From Selaginella moellendorffii (Eukaryota > Plantae > Lycopodiophyta), in contig NW_003314264.1 of NCBI RefSeq assembly GCF_000143415.4, forward strand, positions 3,709,229-3,773,228: DNA of 64,000 nucleotides, written 5' to 3'. Shown piece by piece: positions 49,930 to 62,200 of this stretch. Under the pieces are notes generated by a model. The model was not told the DNA's origin. It did not search any database and worked only from the letters and a program-made list of their open reading frames with translations. Both the position numbers and the translations under genes were made by a program. Position 1 is the stretch's first letter. Every line of letters begins with the position of its first letter.

Positions 49930-51264
49930 ATGGGTGTGGCGCTCGCGCCGCACAAGAATCCGCAGCAGCAGCAGCAGCAGCATCCAGCGCCGGCGGAGCC
50001 GCAGCAAGACTGCGCGAGGCTTGCATGCTGTCGCCGCCCCTCCTCGATCCCTTCCTCGTCCTCCAAGGAGAACAGCCGGCCGAATCAGGAGCTCGAGCGC
50101 AGCGCCAGGGCTCCCCAATCTTCGGCGTCGTCGTCGCCCGCGGCGGCGGCGATGCCGGTCACGGCGATCAAGAATCACAAAAAGAAGAAGAAGAAAAAGC
50201 CGCAGCATGCAACAGTGGCGCCGCCGGCTGGATCGTCGTCACCGCCAGCGTCATCCTCGTCGTGGATCGAAGAGGAGGAATTCGTGTCTCTGCTCAAGGC
50301 CCAGGATTTGCAGCCCACCGTGGAGGCGCTTCGCTGCTCCTGCGCCGCGAGCTCGCAGCACCAGGATCTGGCCGAGATCGACAAGGTTCTCGAGGTAGTG
50401 GCGCCGAAAGTCTTGTCCACTTCGTGCGCTAGGAATCCACCACCTTGCGTGTGCCGGCTCAAGAACCCGGGGCGTTTGCGGAAGCTCTCGCTCCAATCCG
50501 TGTGGGACTGGTTCGAGGAGCCCAGCATCTGTGGGATCCAGGTGAAATCGTGCGGAGAAGGCGACGATCGCTTCGATGCTTACCTGGTGCCTTACATCTC
50601 CGCCATCCGGCTGTTTGGGAACCGATCCGACGAGACCGTGCCGCTTCTCTTCGAGTTTTACGAGACCGAGCAGCTCACGCTCCGGCTTCCACTCCACCAC
50701 AGGTAAAGCTCTTTTCTTTTGCGTTTTTATCGGACTTTAGCTTTGTCTCTAGAATCCAGGAACTTCTCAAGGAAAATCCCAGCTCTTGCATCATCAATGG
50801 CGACCCTACACTTCTCGAGCGGTGCTCGTTGCGGAGCCTTCATCCATCATCTTGGTAAGTTTGCGTACTTTGGTTTCTACTCTTTGGTGTTTGATAGACA
50901 TTTGTCACAGGTTTGCCGTTGCATGGTATCCAATCTACAAGGTTCCAGAGGGCCAGTTCCGCTGTGTCTTTCTAACGTACCATTCCCTGGGTCACGTCCA
51001 AGCAAGTGGATCCCTTCCGGTTCTTGGCCTCCAAACTTACCACTGCCAGGTTTGCCTGAAACATGCTCATATCGTTTCTCCAATCTTTCACAGGTCGAGC
51101 AATGGTTCACTCTCAAACAAGGGAACGAAGATTGCTCCGAGACGCTAAAGCAACGATTGACAAGCCTTGATCGTGCTGCTCTAGTCATGTCGAGAGGATC
51201 GGACCCCGTGTCTCAAAAGTTCCAGCACTCGGACTACGAGTTTTTTACAAGCCGAAAGTACTGA
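49930..51264 (+). CDS. DUF789 family protein, multi-exon
   Basis: LQSVWDWFEEPS..G, AYLVPYISAIRLF, FEFYETE...RLPL, FAVAWYPIYKVP, FLTYHSL, HSDYEFF. Confidence 0.82.
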
Positions 51265-51443
51265 CTCCCCTCCTGTATCCTAAGCTTACAGACACTCGCA
51301 CACGTCAGTGTGTCCAAATTTTGATCGCTTTATAAAACTGGAAGTTACCTCCGTCCACCAACACAATCCTTGGTGTATTTGCTATCGAAGATAGATCGGC
51401 CTTTACATCATCTATATCCGTGGGCTGTTCTTGCGACGAGTTT

Positions 51444-53308
51444 TCAGTGTACGCCAGTCACCGTCTTCCCCAAAATCCAGAGCACCAGCGAGAGCTCAAG
51501 TGCGAAGAGTGTGTACAGGGATCCTCGGTCCAGCACGAAGCCGTAGACTGAAATCCCCGGGGAGTTATGTTGCAAGTATCTCACTGCGAGCAGAAGAAAG
51601 AAATATTACTCGAGAAAGTTTCAAGGCTCCAGGTACTTACGAAATGACTGCTGTTGCCTAAAGTAACACTCGTTGTCGTAATGCGAATCCTGGCTCTTCG
51701 CAGAGAACAAGTCGCAGGCCTTGATATCGGACTGTTGTCTCAGCAACGGGTAACATGGTGGAGTCGCGGTTTTGAAGGCTGGCTTGTTAAAGTCGCTTGT
51801 CATGGCGCTGCACGTCCACACCGCATGCCACTCGCTGACGAGGGAGATGAGTTTCTGGGCTCTGTGCGTGATCTTGGAGGCCCCATTCATGCAAGTCAGG
51901 ATCCCGGAGAGCTGAACCGCAGAGGAAACCTGCAAAGTTCGCGCTGAAGTTAGAAAACAGAAGCTCCCAAGCGGGAGGTAAGAGCTATACTTACTGCCAG
52001 GCTGCCTGCGATGAAGAAGTGGACGCTCTCCTTGTATGACAGGATGAAGAACAGCGATATGAACTGGCTGCTGGTGATGATGAACATACTGGCAAGGATG
52101 AAGATCCGGCACCTGTGGCTGATCTTGAAGAGCTGCTTCCGGATCCTTACGTGCTCCAGCAACAGCTCTGGAACGTCGAGGCTCTTGGCCAGGAGCGTGC
52201 TGTAGCCTTGGAGGCGCAAGATTTGCAGGGAACACATGAGCCGGAAGAGCACGCACATGAGCAGGAAGACTCCGGCCTTGTAGAGCCAGGAGAGCATGAC
52301 CAAGGTGCACATAACCGAGCGGAGGGCGGGGCCGTGTGGGATCCCAGGGAGCGCGACTGTGGCGCGCGAGAACCACCATATCTCCCGGACGAGCTTCACC
52401 ACCATTGATGGGAGGATGATCATGGCCAGCAGCCGGAAGGCAAACTGCGAGACAACAAAGAAAGCGTAATTAGCGAACTTGGACGAATCAACGCGAACTT
52501 AAAAAACGAGAGTTTTAGCTAGATGAATAGATGACTCATATGCAAGTTTTGGATCGTCCTGGTGCACGGAAAAAGAGAAAGAAAGTAGAGAGTTCAACCT
52601 AGACTCAACAAAAACAATCTTCTAAATCGCATCCAAGTGGCAACAAGTGTCGGTTGGAGCTGAGATGATGTTTGCAATGAACGATGCAGACAAGCAAGTG
52701 CTATGCACCAGAGCAATATGTAAACGAACGAACGCAAAAGATCAAGCACACCATAAAAGATCAAAGGAAGTTCTTACGTTAACTTTGGCTCGGTAGTTCT
52801 GTTGTACCTCCTGGGACTCTCGATCCAGCTTCTCGAGCATCAAAACTTTGCGAAGGCCGTGCCGCCTGAGGAGGAAAGAGAGGCAAGCAAAGGATACGAT
52901 TGCCAATGCCGACTCCGAGACGTAGACGAGCCTCTCGAATGGGAGCTGGCGGTGGTAGCATCTGGAGCACGAGGTGGCCACGCTATTGATGACCGGCAGC
53001 ACGATTGCAAAGAGGAGAAAGATGATCCAGGAGAAGGCGATCCTCACCGGCGTCGATTGATCCAGCCCAATCCATAGGAGGCTTAGCCGGAAGCGCTGGA
53101 GCTCGTCGCGCGGATTGGACAGCAGGCGGCATAGCGATCGCTGGTGGTGGGCGTCCGGCGGCGAGCCGCCATTGATTTTGCCCTCTTCGAGATCCCAGGT
53201 CACCGAGCGCCGGGGGGAATCCGAGCTCGCCCGCAGCGATCGATTCTTCTCTGCCAGCAGCGCCACCGCCGCCGCGGTGAAATCGTTGTAGATGTCGTGA
53301 TGCGCCAT
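51444..53308 (-). CDS. DUF3537 family multi-pass membrane protein, multi-exon
   Basis: DELQRFRLSLLWIGLDQS, MCVLFRLMCSLQILRL, EHVRIRKQLFKISHRCR, KITHRAQ, GFVLDR...LVLWILGKTV. Confidence 0.85.
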
Positions 53309-53686
53309 GGAACCGGAGAGGATTTCGCCAAGGAACCAGATATTTCGAGCCTTGGGTGGATCCCTTCGATCGATCGCTGTGCAATGCGGCCGGGATTTTG
53401 ATGCGCGAGCTTGCCTGGAATCACGATCGAGGCGATCGAGGCGATCGCGGTGGCGCCCGGCACATGAGAATCCACATGGAGTGGCGCCTTTCTTTTAGAG
53501 TCCGCCCATGGACTCTTGTGTGCGCTGCTACAAGGGAGAACTTTTTGTTTGCGCGGAGGGAAACGCGATGGTGCCACGTGGTATGGCGATTCACCGTCGC
53601 TTTTATTCGCTGTGCTTTCTAAAGCACGGGAAAAGAGCTGGAAGAAGGTGCGAAGGCTTTGCTTTGCCCTAGAACAAAGGGGAGGG

Positions 53687-54559
53687 ATGAGTTTTAGGGT
53701 TGGAGGGGGGATCCAGCGATTTGGATCCAGGATTGTCCATGCCAAGGACGCGATCAAGGACACATTCTTGTCAACCAAGGTAAGCGACTAGATCGATCAT
53801 GGATTTGAGCTAGAGGGGGATTGAGCTAGATTTCTTCCTTGGGGCGATTTTTCTAGAATGTTTTTGAGCAACACAAGCTCGTCTTTACCATTGGGACTTC
53901 GGTTCTCTCGGCTGGGGCTGCTTGGGCAGGTGATTGATTTCTAGGATGGATGTTTGTACTGATCTCTTTGCGTTTTTAATTTTTCTTTTCTTCCTTGTTT
54001 CTAGGCTACGTGGGGCGTCAAGTTCATCAGCAACATGTAGAGAATCGGCTCAACTCCATAGAAAACGCTGTAAGTTTATCGGCATCTTGGACAATTTCCT
54101 CTCTTTTCTCGCTCAACTTGGAAGATTTCTCTTTTTCTATTCTAGATGAAATCGCAAACGGGTTTGCCAGAAGATGAAATCCTGGCAATGACGAGGAGGG
54201 GCGTGAGCTTCAAGACGTGCTTTGCCTCAGTTGGAACGGCATCAGTGATCACGTATGGTTTTCTCTAAAACGTTTTGGCTTCGGTGCTCAAAGGTGTGAT
54301 CCATTCAAACAGGTACATTCTTGGCTTTAGATCCGGGAGAAAGTTCACGCTGGCCAGAATCGAGAAGCAAAAGCAGCGGCTCCTGCTAGCCACGAACAAT
54401 CCCAAAGTTCCAATCTCGCAGCGGCCGATAGCTCTCAAGCTCCAGCAGAGATTGAACGCTATCAAGATGCGAACCAGCGGCTGGAGGAGGAAGAAAAGTG
54501 GTAGCAACCAGCAAAAGAGCGTCCGGGAAGAGGAAGAGCTCTATCCGGGTTGTGCATAG
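53687..54559 (+). CDS. Small conserved plant membrane protein of unknown function, 5 exons
   Basis: Five in-frame GT-AG-joined exons: MSFRVGGGIQRFG...|NVFEQHKLVFTIGTSVLSAGAAWAG|YVGRQVHQQHVENRLNSIENA|MKS...VIT|YILGFRSGRKF. Confidence 0.75.
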
Positions 54560-55087
54560 ATAGATACATCGATAGATCGATGGGTGAGGCTACAATTTTG
54601 ATGTACAGAGATTTCTAGCTAAAGATCCGAGATTTTGTGTGTCTACTCCCTCATAGATCGTCAAATTTTTCTCAACACTGCGTTTCAGACAAGGCTGAAA
54701 TCTTTTTGAGTGGTAATCACAGGGAGACGATGAGATCCAAGCCATCAGAAGCAATCAATCAGCTCTTATCCTCGAGCCCGCGAGGAGCTCTCAGAGCCAC
54801 TGCGCATAGAATTGTAGAGCTCATCACACGGCGGGAGCCCTAATTTCTGGCAAAATTTTAGGGCTCTTCCGAATGATAAACCCTAGGAACAGTGAAAGCG
54901 ATTCGAAACCACAAACTTTCGAACCGTTCGTAGGGTTCTTACGAGTGCGTGGAATCGAAGGAATGCTAGGTAGGAAATCTCTCCCCGGCATGGAAGATCG
55001 CTGGGGCCGCTGGTGATCGGCACGCAGGGGCTTCTTCTCCTGTTTTTTTTCTGTGTCGTTTTGGTTGCTCTTCTTTCTTGATCAAAG

Positions 55088-57010
55088 ATGGCTCTGGTAG
55101 AAGCGCGAGAAGATTGGGGAAAAACCTCCGACCTCGCATGGAGCAGCGGCGTGGCTCCCTGGTCGGTGCTCATCGCGGGCTTGCCCAGGAACTCCATGAC
55201 GTCGCAGGCGCTCCAGAGCCTGGCCAGGGAGGCGGTGGGCGGATTCGAGATGGTCCCGGACGGCATGGAGCTTGTAAACTTTGCGCGGATCTTCTCTCCT
55301 CCCGGCGCCACCGCTGAGGAGGACTGCGCCGTGGTGGGCTTCTCCTGCGAGGCCGTGGCGGAGCTCTTCCTGGATTCGTGGCCCGAGCTCCAGCTCCCGC
55401 ATGGCATCGAGAGCACCAAGTTGACGTTCGCGAGGAACTTCCGGTCGAGCAAGAGGGTGGATTCCAGGCAGGAGATAATGCACGACTTGGTTTGCTCGGC
55501 TCCGTCACCCCTCGAGGAGAGGTTTGTGGTTTACGTGAGTGGCTTGCCAGAGGAGTGGATCGATCAAGCGCGGCTCCGGGACTACTTTGCGCAGATCGTC
55601 AAAGAGTACCAGAGCGAGGAGGTGGTGAGGTCGGTTCACGTATCGCCGCTGCTCAAGGACGCGTATGTGGAGCTCACCAGCGACGTGACGGCGGATCTCG
55701 TGTTCTACAGGAGCAAGCGAGATAGACTTCTGGACAAGATCTCCAAGGAGGTGTTTATGTGTCGTGGAGTCGGCTCTATCCCCTTGCTCCACTGGAAGCT
55801 CCCCCGGATCAAAGCAGCAGCAGCGGAAGAAGCTAGTCTCAAAAATGGTGGCGGGAGTGAGAAGAAGGCCACCTTTCTGGACTTTCTCAAGAACCAGCCG
55901 GGTATTCCTGGAAAGGCACTGGATCTAAACGTCCCCCCGCCACTGGCAAGTAATCCCGAGATCGCGCCTCCTCCTCCTCCGGCAAGCAGTCCGAAGGCCG
56001 CACCTCCTCCTCCGGCGAGCAGTCTCGAGGAGGCACCTCCTCCGTTAAGCAATCGCGAGACCACGCATCTTCGTCCTCGTCCTGCTCTCGTTGCTGCTCC
56101 ATGCGCGGGGAGAGCACTCAAGGTTGAGACCGAGAGGGACGACGCCAACTTCCAGTTCCGGGCTGCCAACTTCAACGTTGCACCCATGCAACGGCCGTGC
56201 GAGAACAATCACGATAGCGCGATGACGAACAACGATACCATGTCCGTCTGCGACTCGGAGAGCGTGGACAGTTTTCAGAGAGACCAGCGCTCCCGGAATG
56301 ACAGTCTCAAGCGCAGCTCCGTCTTCGTTGGATCCCTGGCCGAGCACAACCCGACCAAGCTCAAGGAGCTCTTCCACACCCTCCTCCGGAAGAGCATGCC
56401 GCTGGTGTCGCCCGACTCCATCCGCGTACGCTGGACTCGGGGGAAGAGCTTCTGCCTGGTGGGGCTTCGATCCGAGAAGGCGGCACAGATGCTCATGGAC
56501 GCATACATGGAGCACACCCGAGACGCTCACATACCGGGCTTTCCCCTGGCGATCTACAGGCACCGGGGATACCAGCGGCCTGGGACGGAGGTTTGCAGTG
56601 ATTTCTCCGTGGACGAGTCCGGCTTGGTGCTCGTCCAGGGGCTCCCCCCGCGTTTACACGCGTGCCTGGTCCAGGGAGCTCTCACCGAGCTGCTGGAGAC
56701 GGCGCTGGCTGGCGCCAAGAAGTTCCACTCCAACATGGCCCGGAATTTCTTTTCCTACTTCAGGTATGATCCGATGTTTGGGACCGCCAGGGTGAGATTC
56801 AAGTCCCGCGTCGCTTGCGAGCACTTGCTGACGCTCAAGAACTGCCGGCTGGAGCTCGCGGGTGGCGTCATAAGCTTGGAGCGCGAAGCGTCGCCTCCAG
56901 GGTTTGGCGATCACTTGGACCAGGATTTCATGGACGGGAACTGGAAGCGCAAGAGGCCGTTTAGCGCAGAACATAGCCACGCCAAGCAAGCTAGACAAAG
57001 CTACTACTGA
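55088..57010 (+). CDS. 640-aa protein with four divergent RRM-like domains and a Pro-rich linker
   Basis: RNP2/RNP1-like pairs VLIAGLP/CAVVGF, VYVSGLP/DAYVEL, VFVGSL/FCLVGL, VLVQGLP/ARVRF; C-terminal KRKRP; telo-box and apparent UTR introns. Confidence 0.7.
   Translation: MALVEAREDWGKTSDLAWSSGVAPWSVLIAGLPRNSMTSQALQSLAREAVGGFEMVPDGMELVNFARIFSPPGATAEEDCAVVGFSCEAVAELFLDSWPELQLPHGIESTKLTFARNFRSSKRVDSRQEIMHDLVCSAPSPLEERFVVYVSGLPEEWIDQARLRDYFAQIVKEYQSEEVVRSVHVSPLLKDAYVELTSDVTADLVFYRSKRDRLLDKISKEVFMCRGVGSIPLLHWKLPRIKAAAAEEASLKNGGGSEKKATFLDFLKNQPGIPGKALDLNVPPPLASNPEIAPPPPPASSPKAAPPPPASSLEEAPPPLSNRETTHLRPRPALVAAPCAGRALKVETERDDANFQFRAANFNVAPMQRPCENNHDSAMTNNDTMSVCDSESVDSFQRDQRSRNDSLKRSSVFVGSLAEHNPTKLKELFHTLLRKSMPLVSPDSIRVRWTRGKSFCLVGLRSEKAAQMLMDAYMEHTRDAHIPGFPLAIYRHRGYQRPGTEVCSDFSVDESGLVLVQGLPPRLHACLVQGALTELLETALAGAKKFHSNMARNFFSYFRYDPMFGTARVRFKSRVACEHLLTLKNCRLELAGGVISLEREASPPGFGDHLDQDFMDGNWKRKRPFSAEHSHAKQARQSYY
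55932..56060 (+). repeat. In-frame ~33-36-bp tandem repeat, 4 units (PPP-x-AS-x-PE-like)
   Basis: CCTCCTCCTCCGGC(A/G)AGCAGT units. Confidence 0.8.
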
Positions 57011-59223
57011 GGTGAGCACCACAGGTTCTATACACGAAAGCAAAGTCTTTCCCCATTTTTATTAGCTAGTACACTTGTTATGACTTCTTTTATATTTATC
57101 TAAGCCACCTGCAGGAGAGAAAATCCCTCCTCGCCATCCTTGAACCACACCGTCACCAACTTAAGCCTTTATGACCCAAAACTTGTTGTTCTCCACTGGT
57201 TGCATTGTTCTTTCGCTTTATTCTAGCCGCCTTTTCTGTTTCCATTTGATTTTCTTTATAGATGCATAACAACAACGCCAGGTTGTTCTCGGTCATGTAT
57301 GCTTGTGTATCGATCTATCTTGTAAGAAAGAAAATCAATAGCTAAATAAGTCAAAGTTTTTTTTTTTGTGTGTGTTTATTCTGATCAACTAAATTATCAA
57401 TCGATCAGATAGCCACTGGACTATCTCCTTTAGTATTGACCACCACATGCTTGTGAGGGGACCTTCCTCGCTGTCACTATAATTTGGATTGTTTTGGAGA
57501 AGAACAGAATCTTGTTCAGCTACTCTTGCCTGGAGAGCCGCCTTAGTTTCTTGCAGCAATTCCTGCCTCCTTCTCATGCTTTCTATTTTCCCTCATTGTC
57601 GTGAGCTCTGCTTTTTTTTTTAATTTCCTTCAAATGTTTGAGCTCGCAGTAAAATGGGGTTCCCATTAAGGTAGCAAGGAAAGCTATGGACAAAGTTCTC
57701 ACAGCTGAGAACATCCTTGCAGGCTGGACAATAACAAGTTTATTTCTTATTAGTTCAACTTCTATGGTGGATCACTGTAAGCCACAGAGTGAAGATAACT
57801 TAAAGCCATTTCTGAATGCTACTGTTGGAGGGAAATGGACATGGACCTCAACCACATTTCAATGTCAATAACAGATTTACTACTCATCTCACTATGCTTT
57901 CAATTTGCAAATCAGGAACCAACACCACAAATGATGTGTTTCAACCATTTTTCCATCTGTGCATGTCATCCTTCTGCAAATCTGCAAATTATTGTTCCAA
58001 TTTTATCTGGTGTCTCCAAAGAAATATATTTTTTAATGGAGCTGAAAAAAGAAAGAGGAAATACAAATTATGAAAGTTTATAATATGGTCAAATGCTCCA
58101 TACCTTGTAGCAACTACCGATTTAGGTAAATTTATTTTAGATTTTTTAATTTTGTAAAAGTAATTATGAACAATAACAAAAATGTCAAATGTTTTAATTA
58201 TTTTAAAGAGTGTGTAGCTACATTTAAGGTTGTATAAATTATTTTTAAAATGAAAATTTTTCATTTTATTTTTCAAAAATTTGATTATTTTTGAGTTTGA
58301 ATCTTATAAAAAAGTGATTGTAAAGGAGGTGACTATGTTATGGTATTTCATTTTTTGGTATTGTGAGGGCCAAGTATATAGCATTGTAGCTGTACACTTG
58401 GCCCTCCAAGCACTCATAATACATGTTATCATATTTAACCCATAAATACACTAAACTGTATTAATAATAAGTGAGAAGTGGTTCAACTGTAGTTTGTGTA
58501 AAGTATGAAATAACAATTTATCAAATCCTAAATATTTAGTTTTTTTAGTGCAGCTTCAAAGCCATGCCCATCTATTAGCAAACATGTCCAATTTTTAGCC
58601 AAGACACCATTTAGAATAACAAAAGTAATATATTCAAATTAGCAAGTAAAGCAAGGATTAAATATATTAAGAGTTTGATATATCAGGATCTAAACATATC
58701 CAAGGCTTATATGGTAGCGCCAAGGGTATGGCTATACTAGTATGAGGCTGTGGAGCCACTACACTTGCATGGCCTAATGGGAGGCTGGAAACAGCAATTT
58801 TAGTTGGAGGGGATTTATTACACAACAGCAAAGAGAGGACCCAAGCAACAATAGCATTATTATTATTGGAGATTGTACACTCTTCCTTAGTTCATCACAC
58901 TATGGGATTTAGAACCGTACATCTTCAAAGGCTTTTTGTATCTCTGGGAAATTGTAGGTGCCATACAAATGGAGATCAAGTGAGGGTAGTATACTTCTAT
59001 TGATTTCATGATTGACTCAAGTCTTCACATTAGTAGGTGTAGTCAGATGGGAGAGATGAGGTTGGGGACCATGGATAAGGCACAAAATTCACAACCACTA
59101 AGGACTAGGAGCATGTGTTTGTGGAGCAAGCGCCATGGATTTGGGCTACACAAAACCAAACTTTAGTTCCCATGATATAAACTATACAAAATTGAACTTT
59201 AATTCCATTGATCCCTTAAAGCG

Positions 59224-62200
59224 TGTGTCTCCCGGGGGGGGGGGGGGCTGCAAGGGGTTCCAAAAGTATAGTAGGGATAGTGAGGTCTAGGAACCAGTCT
59301 TGAAGGAACTCTCTAGTGGTGCTTCTAAACTGACTTGAGGATGAAATTAAAGCCGAGGGGCCTTGGGTGGGAGTGAGCATGGACTCGGGTGTTGGAGGGG
59401 CCACCCAAGAAAGTGGTCAAGAGCAACTCTCACTCTCGAAAGGGAAACCAACTATGGTGCTCCCAACTCATGTGGAGTGGTGCCCCACTTGAGTACCTTG
59501 TGGCTCATTGGTCTTTGCCCTTCTTAGGGGCTTGGGCTTTCCCTTCGGGATAGAAGTGCGAGGGTAGAGGTACCCATATCGGGCCATTAGGCCATGGTGT
59601 TTCGCCCCGGTGTCCCAAAGCAAGTGTTGCACCCAAGGCTTGGGATTTGGAGGGTCTCATGATCAAGTCTTGTTATACCAAGAGATGTTAGAAACCTAGA
59701 GGCTTGGTGTGCTTGGCTGCTTGTGCTTGTGGGGAGTATAGTTGAACTTTAAGTCCAGTTTAACCCGGGGAGGGGGATTGGGAGAGATTTAGGAATCTAT
59801 GGATGAATGACTAACGCTCTGTTGTTTATGTAGTGAGTAGCTGAAACCAAGTAGGACCAAGTAGGAGTTGGTATAATAAACGAGAACCTTGGCGAGGGAA
59901 CTTAGCAAAAGCCAAGGCAGTGTTGGTCGGATAGACGAGATAAGTTGGCAAATTGGAAGGGAAAAATTTGTGGCTTACAATTTGGTATTGGAGCCTTTTC
60001 CTCAGTTCTAGCGAAGGATAGAGGCAGATTGCTGGGAGATGGCAAAGGCAGGGCGGAAACGTACCAAGGCAGAGACGGAACCTCCTCTAGAGCTGGAGCC
60101 TCCGGTCGAACAAGAGGCTATGGATGAGGAATCCTTACATGAGGAGGACTCTAGTGAGGAAACTTCCAAATAGGAGTCCGGTGGCGAGGTTCAGTTGTCC
60201 AAGGCTCGATTGGACATTCTAAAAGGACAATTGGCACAGACCAATGCCCTGCTGGAGACTCTTGTACGCAAGCTAAAGCATGACAAGAAGAGGAAGAAAA
60301 GGCAAAAGATTGCAGATGCTAGTAGCGCAGAAGGTGTAGACCCTTCGGCAGGGACTGAGACAAAACCAAACAAGGTCGAACAAACCGAAGTGGAATCAGT
60401 CCCTCAGGTAGTTCCCAAGTACAAACCAAAGCCCCCACCAGTCTTCATGGGAGTGAATGACTACAAGGTGGTGGAGGATTGGTTTTACGATATGGAAAAC
60501 TACTTCTGAGCGTTGCAGTTACCGAGCTCGAAGAAGGTCCCATGTGCAAAACCATACTTGGCAGATAATGCTAAGTCTTGGTGGAGAATGATAGAGGCCA
60601 ACGAAGGACCGGTGGCCACTTGGGAAATGATGAAGGCGAGGATTTACACAATTTATGTTCCTCCGAATGCTACTCTGCATCTAAGAGACAAGCTAAGTAG
60701 GCTGAAGCAGACTGAAACCATTCAGGAGTATGTGAATGGGTTTATGGCAAAGAGGATACTTGTCACAAATATGGGGGATATGGATGCGTTCCATACCTTC
60801 ATATCAAGCTTGCAAACTTGGGCTCGCGGTGAGATGATGTGGTGGAACCTGACCAACTACAAGGAAGCGTTAGATGTGGCTATTAAGGTGCATTTCAATG
60901 ATAACTTGCGAAAGGGGAACACGACAGGGTCGGGGTCTATGTTTAGCAAAGGGGCTAAACCAAAGGGAACATATAGCAAAGGGAAATTTAAGAAGAATTT
61001 CTCTAAGAATGAGTCTTCGGGGTTCTGAAAAGGCAAATCCAGTAGCCAACGGGCAAGTACGTGGGGGAGTCAAGCAAAAAGAGCCAAACCCACGGATAAG
61101 AAGGGCAAGTCAGTTAGCAGTGTGGGAAACAACGTATGTTATAACTGCGGTGAAGCGGGACACTTTTTGAGGGAATGTCTCTACCCGAAGAAGGCCAGAG
61201 CCAATATGGCCATTAAATCGGGTGAAATCGAAACTAAGGTATGTGATCCAATCCCTAGCTCAAAGTTACTTATTACACGAGCAACTTTGGTAAAGAGTCA
61301 TTCGCAACATCTATTAGCCCTCTGAGGGAAGCTCGGAGGTAGTTTTGTTAAGATCTTTATTGACACGGGTGCTTCAGATAATTTTGTGGTTGCAGACATA
61401 GTCCGGCAAGCCGGACTAACGGTGCAGCGGCTGGGCAAACCAAGGACTATAGAGTTTGTTCAAGGTAGCCAAAGCACCGATGAGGTACTTCGACAAGCGA
61501 AAGTCGAAGTAGAGACATGGAAAGTAGACATAGATTTCACCGTGTTAGATATGGCGGGGTTTGATGTGATCTTTGGGATGGATTGGTTCAATCGGTTCAT
61601 GGTAGCCTTGCATAGACAATGTAGAAACCTTGTGGTACTAGCGAATGCCCAAGGAAGAAGATCCAAGGTGGAGGCCTAGGATCTAAAGGTAGGGCAAAGC
61701 AAGGCCAAAGATTCCTACTTAAACCTGGTGTCCACGAGAGGACAACTCACTAAAGGGACCAAGGTAGCATTTTTTTGCTTACTCTTAGTGAGGAGTGATA
61801 AAAAGATAGGATTGGAAGAAGTACCTTCAGTGATCCAGCAGATGTTGCACTAATTCCAGGATACCATGCTAGAGGAGCTACCGGCAGAGTTGTCCCCCGC
61901 ACGACTGATAGAACATAAGATTGAGCTAGTCGAGGGTGCTGAAGTGGTGGTTCGTCCCCCCTATCGGTTGAACTTAAAAGAACTCAAGGAGCTTAAGCGC
62001 CAACTAAAGGAGTTGGTGGACAAAGGGTATGCTAGATTGAGCAAGTTGCCATATAGGGCACCGGTGTTATTTGTGAAAAAGAAAGATGGATCTATGCGCA
62101 TGTGCATGACTACCAGTTGCTCAACAAGTATACAAAGAAGAACAAATAGCCTTTGCCAAGGATTGAGGACCTGTTCGATAGGTTGGGAAAGGTAAAATAC

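Noticed and set aside
57300-59200. Short ORFs as a transposase remnant
   Set aside because: No recognisable domain; left unannotated
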